Shown in pieces: positions 15,330 to 29,317 of a DNA stretch of 64,000 nucleotides. Position numbers and translations under genes: made by a program. The number at the start of each line of letters is the position of its first letter. The stretch's first letter is position 1. Source of the DNA: the human T2T-CHM13v2.0 reference genome, Homo sapiens; assembly GCF_009914755.1 (NCBI RefSeq), contig NC_060925.1. One strand, 5' to 3'. A model generated the notes under the pieces. It saw only the letters and a program-made list of their open reading frames with translations, had not been told where the DNA came from and ran no database searches.

Positions 15330-15705
15330 TGCTAAGGTCTGAATGTTTGTGTTCCCCCAAATTTATATGTCAAAATCTTACCCTTCAAAGTGGTAGTATT
15401 TGGGGATGGGGTCTTTGGGATGTGATTACATCATGAGCTCAAAGCCCTCATAAGTAAGGTTAGTATCCTTATAAAAGAGGCCCAAGCCCAAGAGAGACTT
15501 TTCACCCCTTCCACCCTATAACGACACAGCAAGAAAGTGCTGTCTATGCATGAGAAAGTGGGCTCTCATCACAGTGGTGAGATATTAGACTGATGCCTTG
15601 ATCTTAGACCTCCCAGCCTCCAGAACTGTCAGAAATAAATATCTGTTGTTTATAATCTACCCAGTTTATGGTATTTTATTATAGCAGCCCAAACAGACTA
15701 AGACA
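15330..15705 (+). mobile_element. MLT1A-type MaLR solo LTR
   Basis: TGCTAAGGTCTGAATGTTTGTG...AGCCCAAACAGACTAAGACA; AATAAA. Confidence 0.8.
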
Positions 15706-17552
15706 GTATTTCTCACGAATTCTAGTAACTTTTCACAATTCTGTACATTAGCCCTCGATATACTCAGATGCAGTAGGTATTCTATTGATGTGATTTTCCT
15801 GAAGAGGTCTCTCCCAGTGTCTTCCACTGCTGCAATCAGGCTGCCTCCTATGCCTGATATTCAGTTATTATGCTGGGTTCTTCGTTCACTATCACCCCAG
15901 GGATTCTCATCACCTCTTTTCTCTGTATTGGATTGCCTGTTTCCTGTATCACATGACTTTCTCTTTTTTGGATTCTTCCCTTGTTTTCGTAGAGCAAGAT
16001 CTCCTTTCATGAGAAATGGCCCACAGCAGGTAAATTTCTTGAGGTCTTGCTTGTCTCACAATGTTTTTATTGTCCCTGACGATTGATAGTTTAGTTGAGC
16101 ATAAAATTCTTGGTTGGAAATAATCTTCCTACAGTGTTTGAAAGACATTATTACTCCACTATCTTTCGACTTCCTGTGTAAATGAGAGGTCTGAAATGGT
16201 TCTGATTCCTGGTTCTTTGTGTGTGTGATCTATCTTTTTCTGCTAATTCTAAAACTTCTGTGATCTCTTTCTCTAGTGTTTCCAAAATATCACAGTGATG
16301 TGCCTTAATGTCGACTGAGGCACAGTCCCACTGTGCTAGGCATTTAGACTAGGATGTATAAGTTTCAGTTTGGAAACTTAGATTTTTCAAATCTAAGAAA
16401 ATATCTGGAAAAATATTTATTTTCTCACCTCTGTTTTCTCTCTTTTCTTTCTAGTGTATGTATACTAGACCTCCTGGATTAGTCTCCTGTCTTTTTGGCC
16501 ACTTTCTGATGATTTCTTTGACTTTATTTTCTAATTCTTCTATTGAATTTTTTCTTTCTTCTTTCATAGCTTTGCTTTACAAGAACTTTTTTGATGATTG
16601 TTGCTGTTCTCGACAGGTCCCTTTCTTATAGTATCCTGCTCCTATTACAGGGTGGCAGTATCTGGCAATGTTAGAATTTTTTGTTTCTCTCTCAATGTAT
16701 AGTTTTTATTATTCTCCAAATTGTTTTTTGTTTTGTTTTCCTATTTATGAATATTCATCTCCATCTGTCATGTAAGAGCATTTTCTCATGCCTGGTAATC
16801 ATTAGTTACCTGTTCCTTTTTAAGAGTGGAGCACTAAAATGCTGACTGGATACTCTGAGTACATGGTAAGGGCTTGACTATGATCTTCCCTGTAGGGTGA
16901 ACTAGCTGGGAAAAGTCAGATATCAGTCATCTTTTATTTATTTCCTCTGGAATGATCAGATTTCTCAGAGAAGATTCTTCCAATCCTCTCCCTAGAGAGA
17001 GAGACTGGCTGCTGATGCAGAAAGACGCCTGAGGTCTCAGCTTCAAATGTGTCCTCATTCATTTCTTCCCGCAAAATTGCCATTATAAAAACTTCAAACA
17101 TACAGAAGAGTTGAAAGAACAGCACAACAACTACCCCTGTATCCTCCATCTATATTCAACAATTGTTAACAGTTTGCCATATCTGTTTTCTTCCTCTCTA
17201 AACTTTTGAAGCTAGGGTGTCATCGTGGACTTCACTCTTAAATATTTCGGCATATATCTCCTCAAAAATAAGAACATTTCCTACATAACCACATGTAGTA
17301 TTGTCATATCTAAGAAAAAAATAACAATAATTTTTATCACTTAATGCCCAGTTCTTATTCAAATCTCCAGTTGTCACAAAAACGCACTTACTTTTTTGCA
17401 TGGTACCCATGCCGTAAACTATGCTTGGCATTCCCAAGTCCAGACTTTATCTTTTTCTCCCCTGATAATAAATCTATAGTCTTTTGCTGGGGATGGGGTA
17501 GGGACAGTCATCTAGCCATGTAGAGTTGGGGAGGGTATCTGATAGTTCTTAA

Positions 17553-17984
<432 letters not shown>

Positions 17985-18129
17985 TGAATGAGCTTTTTGG
18001 GGATTCTGCATGTCATATTGAATCAATTTTGCCATTTCTCATTGCTAAATTAAGGTTCAGTTTTCTCATGTCTGTCTGTGTTGAGGTTAACCATGTTATT
18101 TATTGTTCAAACTAAAACACATTTGAAGG

Positions 18130-19145
<1,016 letters not shown>

Positions 19146-19978
19146 AAAGTAAAAGTTGGTACTATTATTAATTATGCCAGGATTATTAAAGGTGGTAAAC
19201 TAGGCTTGTCAGATCAGCATATCATCATGTTAGGAAGCATTTCTTACTTATCTGCTTTCCAGCTTCAAGTTTTTTTTCTTATGGCCCTCTCACCTGATCT
19301 CCCATCCTTGCAGCCTGGGTATTAACAAACAAACAGACTCTTTTCTGTTGTTTTATGGGGTTTTGTGAGTAAAAGTAATTGCATGTGTGCAATGAATATA
19401 TTATCTTTACCCCAACTTAATTATCTTGAACTTTGATCACTTTGTATTTGTACCACATTTTGTTATTTTAATGTTCTTGAATACTTTGTTTCATAGAAAA
19501 TAATATCTCTAATGCTTTTTAAAAAAATCCCCACAGTACCTATAGTGAAGTATTTTATGTGTTTAAAAAATACCTGTTTATTTTATTTGATTAGAGCTCA
19601 CCTTCACTATTTCAAACACAGAATACCAAATAAGTGTCAAGTTATTGACACTTTTAGACAAAATTAGAAGGCACATAAGGGTTGTAAAATAGTTTTGAAT
19701 TCGATTCTAGTGCTTACTGTTCCCTATAGCTGAAATACCTTCTCTTCATATCTCTATGAAAATCATACTCATTTTTAAAGAACCACATTATATCTGCCTC
19801 TTTTAAGTCTTTGATAATTTCCTCACAAAAAGGTAATTTCCTTTTCCTCTAAAATCTTGTGATACTCACAATTCATATTATTTGAGGCATTTATTCCATA
19901 TATCTTATGTATTTCATTTCCCCTAGAGCAGTGGCTTTCACATTATTTTGACTGTAACTCACTTTAAGACATATATTT

Positions 19979-20462
<484 letters not shown>

Positions 20463-23108
20463 CTAAATTATTGTCTTTTAGTTTTTAAAAAGTGCTGCTG
20501 GATTCCCTCAAGATTCATTTCTTGACTCTCTAATGAATTGTGACCCCACAGTTTAAAAAACATTGCTCTTTTGCAGGACTTCTTAGTTGGGATCCATGTA
20601 TATAATTCACAGGTCCATGGAGGGAATAATAATTATATCTCCATTCTCCTAACCTCTACTGAAATTTAGAATTTGATTTTATTGTGAATGTAGGTAACAA
20701 ACTGTGGTAGTACTGGCTGTATCTACAACTTTGTCACCAATATTAATCACAGATGTTTTCATATCACATTATGCATATTGTAGGTATCTTGGAATGTCTC
20801 TTATACTCATCACCATTTTGGAATTATTGACATTAGGAGACCTGCTGTTAGACCTTGTTATTTATGCATTAATGAAAAAGCACACCTTATTAGATCACAA
20901 ATTTGCTTTGTAATATTTTAATAACTGTATTTCCCTACAATTAGTTTCCTTGGTAATCTATGTGTTTTATTTTATACCTTTATAAACATTCTGAAAAGGG
21001 TTTTACCAGACTACCAAAAGGGTTCAGTTCAGAAGATTAAGACTCCCTGCTAGAACGCTAAACTTTTCCTGGAGCAAATTTCTGTCTCAGCATCTTTAAT
21101 ACAAAAAAGGCTCAATAAATATTTACTGAACACTTTATTTCTCCAGGTTACTTAGGGTAACTAGAACCTAGGAAAATCTATTCAGACATAAGTCAAATAA
21201 TGTTATGCTAAAAAGCTAATTTGGTAATTTATAGAGAAAGAAATAGTTGGCTAGGTGCTCTAGACTAGTCAACTGCATAAAACGTTCTCATCCTAAGGGC
21301 TTGCTACTTCTAGGAATTTAAATTATAAGGCAAATTGTAATTTAAGGTGATTAGACAAAGAAATAAGTAAAAAGTAAAAAATTATTTCTTGGGCCTCTGT
21401 AATAAAAAAAGTCACTGTGTGATATATATCAATAAAACACATGACCTCTCTGCAATAAGGAATTTATTCACTGCTTGGGGAGACAAATGACTATTAAATA
21501 AAAACAGTGTCATGAGGGCAGGCACAGGTGTTTCAGGTCATAATAAACAGTGTGGTCTGGTGAGAAGGTTGAGTTATGAAAGAAAACAGTGGGAAATAAA
21601 GCTTGAACTACATCAACTGGGTTTGATTATGGAAAGCTTTGAATGCCAGGCCAAGGAGGCAGGACTTTATTTCACAAATACGTCAGACCTGTAGGAGATT
21701 TTTGCATCAAAGAAAGGACATGATGAAGATAATGTTTTAGGAAGCTTCATCTGAGAGCGTTATACAGGAGGTACTAAAGGACGCATCAGTTACAATCCCC
21801 AACATGCTGCTTCAGTTGCTACTTTCTCTCCCTATTTTGAATCTTGTACTTGTAAATTCTTGCTAGATACTTCCACCAGAACCTCAATACTGTGCTTCCA
21901 AAACCATACTAGTCTCTTAAATTGTAAATCTGCAACTCCTGACTTTCCTACTCATATAATGGCACATACGTTCTTAGAAATTGGACCATCTTTGATGTCT
22001 CCTTCTCTGTCACCCACATGTAATCATTCCCTTCCTCTAGTTGATTCCATTATGAGCCTATTCAATTCATGTATCTTCAAAATAAACATATGTTAACGCA
22101 GTGATAGAAGACTGAATTTGGGATCACAAAGTAGAATTTTTAAAAAGGGAAATCTTACCTTTTGTTATTTGCAGTAAAAACAGAACCGTGCATGCCAACA
22201 TTGCACTCTGTGATCTTCCCGCCCTCAGATCTTCCCGCCCTCAAGAGACTGAGTTCTCAGACTGTACTAATAAAGCAATCTATGTCTTCTTCTGATTTCT
22301 ACCTTTACCTCCTGAAGTGGCCAAATTACCAGTGCTCTGTTAAGGTAGATTAGGCTAAGTAGTTAAGGCTCTTTTCAGGTAGGTAGTAACTAAATAAAGA
22401 AGGTATATGCTATTCTACACACATATTTATATATATAAAGAAGATGATCGGGGGGACAGTTTTAAAAGTTCTGTTTATACTTTTTATGCGGTTAAAATGT
22501 TAAGTGCTGATTGCCACATTCACCATTTTTCCATCTTATTTAGTCTCTTTTATTGTCCATTTGTCTGTTTTCCATTCCCCAACCTTTCTTTGACTGATTT
22601 CCAGGAAACTTCTGTTTTAACTGACTTTTACTCTGGAAGCATCTAAATGTCATTGGTCTCTAAGATCCTTTGGAGACATATAGGATCTCAGCATTTTGTA
22701 ATATTGAAAGGAGCAGGTAATTTTTCAACTAAATCAAAATACATAAAAGCTTGCTCATGAAATACCACCATCTTAGACAACACAGTTCTCTTGGGTGTCT
22801 TAAATATGATTTGTATATGAGATAAAGAACAAACGAGATAGCCAGAAGGGGTTGGTTCCTTTTCTAAGGTCTGCTTGTTCTCTTTTACCATAAGCAAACA
22901 GAGTATCTGATCTTTATCAAGGCAGGGACTTGAGCTGCCCAGAGTTTCTGGTTTAGTCACCCTTTTAGGAATGGGAGAACTCATGTTCATTGTGCAGTTT
23001 AGGCCCTAGTGACTTGCTGAATAATCCAAGGATCTGCAGGGCAAACGAGTTATCCTGTGTGTGGTCAGTGCTTTATAGATTTTATTGAATTGGGAGATTC
23101 TGTTACAG

Positions 23109-23319
23109 CAGGGTTTCTCAACCTTGGCACTTTTGACTTTTTGGCCAAATAATTTTTGTTGTGGAGGGCTTTCTTGTGCACCGTAGGATGTGAAACAGCA
23201 TCCCTGGCCTCTACTCACTAGATGCCAGTAGTACTTCTCCAATGTGACAAGCAAAAAATGTGTTCACACAATGCCAATCTCACCCTGGGGGGAAGTCTGC
23301 CCCAGGTTGAGAATTACTG
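23109..23319 (+). mobile_element. MER20 DNA transposon
   Basis: CAGGGTTTCTCAACC...GGTTGAGAATTACTG TIRs; 8-bp TSD-like tgttacag/tattatag. Confidence 0.85.
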
Positions 23320-25171
23320 TATTATAGTTAAGGGGTGGTTGATAGTGGTTACTTAGCCTAAGCCTTAAAAGATTATATATATAATTAAATATTATATATG
23401 AAAGATTATACATTATACATGCTCTTTTTCTATATTCTTTCTTGCCATTTTTGGCATATGTTATACTTTTAAGTATGGTGACATTCATCTATACTAGTTT
23501 TATTTTATATAACTATTACTCACTTTCTTATACTTGTCTATTGAGTTGTAAGAAAATTTTCTCTGTTCTTTTTCTCATTATATTTAACAGATATGTGGAA
23601 AAATGTCTACCAGTTCTTTAAAGGTCAGCTCTATGGAACTTCTATTTATTTCATCTGAAGTCTTAGAATAGGAAAGAATCAACACAAATATAGAAAGTCA
23701 CGTGAAGAAGCTAATTTATGGGGAAAATGAGTTCAATTTTGTGCAGGTAAAATTGGAAGTGATAGAATAATATGTCCAGCAACTACTTGAAAAGAGGATG
23801 GGATATAGGTTTAGGAGTCAACAGTATAGTTGAAAATTAAAATTGCTCAAGAGAAAAATGGAAAAAGCTCGGAGTAGTGAAGGATTAAACCTTAACATGA
23901 AACCATGGAAATGAAGCTGCAAAAAGAGAAAAGAACATTTATAGATTGAAATAGTAAAAGCTAATAATTGGATGATAATTAGGTGAATGGAAAGCCTACC
24001 ACGGGGGTATTAATAAAGCTCCAACTGCAGGAGAAGGAAGGAAGGAAGGGAGGAAGGCAGGCAGGCAGTCAAGGAAGGAATGAAAGAGAAAGAAAAAAGT
24101 AAAATTATTTGTACTTGCATGTTTCAAAAAATCATTGCAGGGACTTGGTGGAAAATAAGTGGATGGGTTTGTGAGTTTGGGATGAGAGGGTTAGGAGATG
24201 TAACTTGATAACTTCCTAGATTTGAGATAAGCACGTATTCTAATATAACTTCTTTGGCTGTGATGCACTGAGGATCAGCTGAGGGATACCTCAGCTGTTT
24301 CCTATCCTGAATAAAAGTTCCTGGAGTAAGAGGAAAAGAGTGTCCAACATGGTAAAGAATGTCAATTTATCCCTACCCTTTCATTGCCCCTACTTTCTTT
24401 TAAACTTGCATATTAATCATTTGATACTGTTTTTGGGTGAGATAAATACTTGCTTCCCGCAATAGGTGACAGATGAAAGGATTTTATTGTCATATACTAA
24501 GAGTGGCATCAGCAGATAAGTGGAACTGTACCTAATTACTGCCAGAAAAGGCAGTTCAGGGTGAACTCCTTTAAAACAAAAATTATCACCCTTTGTATAA
24601 TTTCTCTAACATCAAATTGACTTATATCCAAGAATCACAGAGCGGATCAAATCATTCAGTTCTTTGGGACTATAATTAACATCCAATTCAACTTAGAAGG
24701 TTCATAAGGAAATTCCGCGGCTCAAAATTAGGCGTTAGGTGGGCATTTTACTGAGGGTTTTTTCCCTACGGCCACATGAACAATAAGTAACCCGTCCTTT
24801 AAACATTTTTCACACTAAACATTATGCCATGTTCCAAGGCACAGACCATTGCAGCCTCCGTCCCCTCAGCGGCGTAAACACTTGGAATGGGCATGCTGCC
24901 CCGTTACTTAGTATTGAGAAGTGGTCACTTTTTGCTCTTCTTAGGTGAGTGTAAGCGACTGCCTTCCCCACTTTAGGTGAACCCCAGGACTTGGAGCGTC
25001 TGTGGGTGCTCCTCTAATGGGGACAACTCCTCCCTTCCGACTCCATCGCAGAGAACCCAAAGTTCGAAACCAACAGAACGAAAAGCAACGAAGCACACTT
25101 AAAGTGAGGAACCCGGCAAGCGGCGAAATTCTTGCTGAAGAGAAGAAAAAGCGAAAGGTTTTCCGCTGCAA

Positions 25172-25218
25172 CCAATCAGATGAGAGGATTCTTGGCACGC
25201 CCCTTTCTATCTACCAAT
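25172..25218 (+). promoter_or_regulatory. Two CCAAT boxes (ccaatca), NF-Y-type
   Basis: CCAAT at 25172-25176 and 25214-25218, both followed by CA. Confidence 0.5.
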
Positions 25219-25508
25219 CAACATCTAGCTCAATGGGGCAGTCCATTGCCACAGGGAAAGGGCTTGGTGCAGCTTCCCTCACAACACACACGTCATTCTA
25301 GGCCATTCCACGAACTGTGCTCAAAAGAGGAAAACAGTGCAACAGTTCCAAAGCTGATCAGTCTCGTGGTGAGCAGCGAAACTATAGACTTCTCTAACAA
25401 AACCATGGATTCTAGGAGGGACTGGGAAAGAGAAAAACGAATTCTGGAAGGCAAACTACAACTCCCAAAGGCCCTTGCGCGGACTCAGCGCGCGAGGGAC
25501 GAAGGGCG
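25180..25508 (+). CDS. SUCO: Putative alternative upstream coding exon of SUCO (MRGFLARPFLSTNQ...RDEGR), N-terminal extension
   Basis: ATG at 25180 in ORF 25132-25725; can join in frame (gt 25509 to ag 25880) to ORF 25810-26208, which runs into the main ATG; donor is weak. Confidence 0.5.
25455..25480 (+). promoter_or_regulatory. ZNF143/THAP11-type motif ACTACAACTCCCA
   Basis: Match to ACTAYRNNNCCCR at 25455-25467, followed by AAGGCCCTTGCG. Confidence 0.75.
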
Positions 25509-25856
25509 GTCCACTGTAAGGGGAAATGCTGAGGATCACTGGGCTCCTCCCGGCTTTCTGAACGCAAGCCAGCAAGTGGGCGGGACCTGGGGCGGGCGGA
25601 GCGGCGAGAGCATCTGCTCCTGCGCTTTGTGGTCTCCTGCCTCCGGCTTCTCCGCCTGCGACGTCGAAGGGGGCGTGGCCTGCGCAGAGGCTGGTGGGGG
25701 TGCGGGCGCCGCGGGACTTGGGTGACGCGTCCCTTTCCAGCTCAGCGGTGTGTGAGGTGTCGCGGCCCCGCCGGCGATTGGCTGTTGAGAGGCGAGTACG
25801 CGGCGGCCGTTGGTCGCTGGCCTCACGGAGCAAGGCCCCCGGCGGGCGGGGAGGAT

Positions 25857-25937
25857 ATGGGGCGGCAGTGGCGGCTGCAGGAGGCGGGCGTGGACGAGCC
25901 GGTGGCTGCAGCGGCGGCGGTCCCCGGAGTCCTGTGA
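25857..25937 (+). other. uORF1, 26 aa (MGRQWRLQEAGVDEPVAAAAAVPGVL*)
   Basis: ATG in strong context (G at -3, G at +4); TGA at 25935-25937; requires a TSS upstream of 25857. Confidence 0.55.
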
Positions 25938-26104
25938 AGCGCCCCTGTCCGCGCCTCTGTGGGGCCCTCAGAGAGGGCTGCCAGGACGCGAGCCACTGAG
26001 GAGCCGCTCAGCCAGCGCCATAGCCCTTAGGACTATCGGTCACATTCTCGCGCTCCTGCTCCGGCTCCTCCATCTTGGCCTCGGCAGTGGCGGCTGCCGG
26101 GAGG

Positions 26105-26146
26105 ATGTGCCGCCTTCTGGCAGGGGGAAGAAGGAGGAGAAGATGA
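26105..26146 (+). other. uORF2, 13 aa (MCRLLAGGRRRRR*); stop overlaps the SUCO start
   Basis: ATG 26105 (A at -3); TGA 26144-26146 overlaps ATG 26143-26145. Confidence 0.75.
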
Positions 26147-26204
26147 AGAAGCACCGGCGGGCCTTGGCCCTGGTCTCCTGCCTCTTTCTGTGCTCTCTGG
26201 TCTG
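26143..26204 (+). CDS. SUCO: SUCO coding exon 1 (MKKHRRALALVSCLFLCSLVW, signal peptide)
   Basis: ATG at 26143 (aagATGa) in a CpG island; basic-then-hydrophobic signal peptide; donor TG|gtgagt at 26205 (phase 2); recognised as the SUCO N-terminus. Confidence 0.96.
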
Positions 26205-28749
26205 GTGAGTAGCCGCGACGACAAGGGAGTTCCCGTGAGGGGAGTAAATGGGAGGGAGCAGCCCAGGTCACACCCCCTGGTCATTTTGGCTTTTAGGGTC
26301 CGGGTTTCCAAGGCCCCCGTGGAAGGGACAAACCGATTACTTCTCGACTCTCCATCTGACTGGTCTGGTAGTGCTCTGTGCGGAGATTTTCATGGTGTAT
26401 TTTGGAATTTACAGAGACTCAGTGGGAGAGAGAGAGGTGCCAAGGTAGAGGGAACCACCAAGTGCCTTTGTACTCAGTTCCTCTACCCCTTGGAGACGGT
26501 GCAGGGTTTGGGGTGGGTGTTCAGATTGATGGTAAGTAAGTTGCTCCGATTTGCCGCCAGTCTTTGCGTTCTTAGTGTGGTAAGGGGATAAAGCACGTCG
26601 GATGTGATGCGTTCCGGACGTGCGATTTTAAAACGTGAGTGGTCATGAAGGTAAGAGTAATGTATAAGCAGTAGTTCTCCTGGACATTTCTCGCACAGCG
26701 TTTGATCCCAAGTACACTCGGGCCGCTGTTTTTGGAAACTTGGGGGGCGTGTGTGTATGTGTGTTATGAAGCACTTTTTCAATTGGTTTGGTGGAGAGGG
26801 TGTCTTAGATGTAGTGTGTGTAGTAGTTTTTGGTAATGCCCCTTAGTGACGGGAAGGTAAATGCTGTATTTTCAAGGCGGGAAGAGTGCTTTGTCCCTAA
26901 AGCACTCCTTAAGTTTTACGGAGTTTCTGTTAATCCCAGGCACTTCTGGAGTTTTTTGAGGAGCAGAGAAAGCTTGTAAGTCGAGGGACTGCTGTCACCG
27001 TACTTGGAAAAGCCATTCTTTCCTCCCAGGGAATTTCTTCAAAGATGTGTGACAATTGATGACTGAAAAGATGCTTCTTCAGTCTAGGCGATTTGCTGTT
27101 TGTTATATTAAAATAGAAATTAAGTTTCCTGTTTTGCTTATTTCTGCAAAGCACCAACACTATTTTCATTTTTATGGATGCCTTATGGATTCCAGAAGCA
27201 CTGAAATTGTAGAGTTGTTGCTCACATAAAATAATACATAAACAAGGGGAAGAGAAAACACTCGCCTGGCTGAGGGATTTTTATTGGAAGAATGATAGAA
27301 GTTTTTGAGAACAAAAACAATTGACTTATTACCTTTCATTCTGAATCCTTTTAATACCCGTCTCCTGTTTTTAATAAAATCCTCCCCTTTCTACTTACTG
27401 TGTTGGGTACGGAGAAGTGCCTGTAAGAGATAAATCCACTCACCTCATTTTAAATTTAAATTTGTAGATACTGAAGCTTGTATTCATTTCCATCTCTTTC
27501 TGGGGCTGCCTAGTTATATTTGTAGACTGTGTATTTTCTTTCCTCTTTCTTCTTGGTCTTGCCCATCTTTAAACCATGTTATTCATCATCAAAAGTTTCT
27601 GAAATGGCTAATAAGGAAAAGGTGAACACTTTCATTCAAGTTTAAAAACACACCAGTATCTCTGGCTTTTTTTAATTTTTTAATTGGATGGTGTAAACGA
27701 AATCAAGCAATAGAATGTGATTCTTACAATCATTTGTAAATTTAAGTTAACTCTGCTTCTATTTCTTTTGGGAATTTCTGGCTATCTTTTGATTAAGCTA
27801 ACCCTCAGTATGTTTTCTCACCTTCAATCATTAGCTCTAGTGAAGAGCTAATGAATTTCCCTGTTAGGGAACAAATCGGTTGGCCTGGTATTGAAAGTAG
27901 TAGTAATAAACTTCTGTCAAGTTTTTTAACTCCTAGTGAGGAAAATGGATGTGGAGAGTTTAAGAGTGTGAACATTTTAAGAAACTTTAGCTTAAGAAAC
28001 TATTGGGTTAGTATATTTTGAGATTTGTTTAGACTGCCAAATTTAGAGACATTTTAATTATTCTTTAGCAAAACGATTAAAAGGCATTAAAATAGGACAT
28101 TAAGGCTTAAAGGGTTTTTTAAAGGGTGATGATGATGAATGAGATTGGGGAAGAGGAGTGGTACCTGGTGCTGATTGGCAAAGGGTATGTTTTTTCTTTG
28201 AAGCCTCTGCTTTTGTGCCAAGTTGGAATTAATGGCACTTAATGGATTTCTAACTTTTGCTGCAATCTGGTGTGGTATTTCTTTTCCCAACAACCTCATT
28301 CCCTTTAACAGAAATGGCTACCAACAAGTCCTAGGGTTAGATAAAACGTTTGCAAGAGTTGATGAGTGCCTTTTAGTAGCCACTTTTGTCTCTTTTGTTA
28401 TTCACAAATTGTCTCAAAATTTTGTGATCCGTTTCTGTTTTGTACATTGAGTGCTGTATGTCTGTTCTACAGTATTCTAGTTTCTGAGGTTTCCCCTCTC
28501 ATGCTACCAATATTACTGTGTTATGTTTACTATCATAATTTTGTAGATCTTGATTATGTCTCCCCTCTGCTTTTGTCTTGTAGCCTTGAGTACTAACCTT
28601 AGATTATGTTTACAGAAAAACCATTTCATCTATGTCATTATTAATTTTTGTTGCTGTTTTTTCCTTTTGCATAGTTTATAATTTTTGATCAAGTAGTATA
28701 GAGTATTCTAGGCATAAATGCACTATAGCTGCAGCACAGAGCAATGATA

Positions 28750-29180
28750 GCTAATATTTGCTGACAGCTGTGTGTCAGACACATGATGTTTACTTGACAA
28801 TAACACCTTTAATCTTTATAAGAACCCTATAAGATAGGTATTATTATTAACTTCCTTTTGCATTTTACATGTGAGGAAGTAGAGAGGTTAACTTGGCTAA
28901 GTTTAAGCAGCTGTTAAGCTTCGGAGCTTAAATTTGAACCTAGGCAGCACAGGCTCCTGAGTACTTTATAGGTCAGAGGCCTGTATTTTATATATGTGGC
29001 TCCATCATTTACTAGATATGTGTTCTTTGACTTGTTATGTAACTTCTTTGAACCTTAGTTGTTATATCCTCAGAATGGGGAAATTGATCCATTCATACTT
29101 CACAGGGTTGTTAGGAGGATGAAATAATACAAATGACAGATCTTTGTAACACAGTAACAGCGTATTATGTAAATATTTCA
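28750..29180. mobile_element. Two MIR fragments in opposite orientation
   Basis: MIR core ATTTTACATGTGAGGAA, then reverse core AACCTTAGTT...AATGGGG. Confidence 0.55.
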
Positions 29181-29317
29181 TCATAACATTATTCAACCAC
29201 ATTTTGTTCTCATACCTACTGTGCCAGATGTTTTTATGAGCACCGAAAATCCAAGATAGAGGGTCACCAGCTTGTCTTGGTTTTAACACTGGAAGTCGCA
29301 TAACCTAGGAATTCCCT

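Larger units (their letters stand above)
25440..26260. promoter_or_regulatory. CpG island / SUCO core promoter and 5' UTR
   Basis: Very high GC and CpG density against an AT-rich background; GC boxes (25589-25599, 25669-25679), NRF1-like GCCTGCGCA (25678-25686), CRE-like TGACGCGT (25723-25730), inverted CCAAT (ATTGG 25777-25781). Confidence 0.92.

Noticed and set aside
25062-25070. B-box-like GTTCGAAAC suggesting a tRNA or Pol III gene
   Set aside because: No A box, cloverleaf or T-run terminator nearby
26593-26623. Small inverted repeat gcacgtcgga...tccggacgtgc
   Set aside because: About 10-bp imperfect stem, too short to support an ncRNA or miRNA call
25456-26782. Many overlapping ORFs on both strands around the promoter
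   Set aside because: Expected from stop-codon scarcity in GC-rich DNA; no recognisable domains
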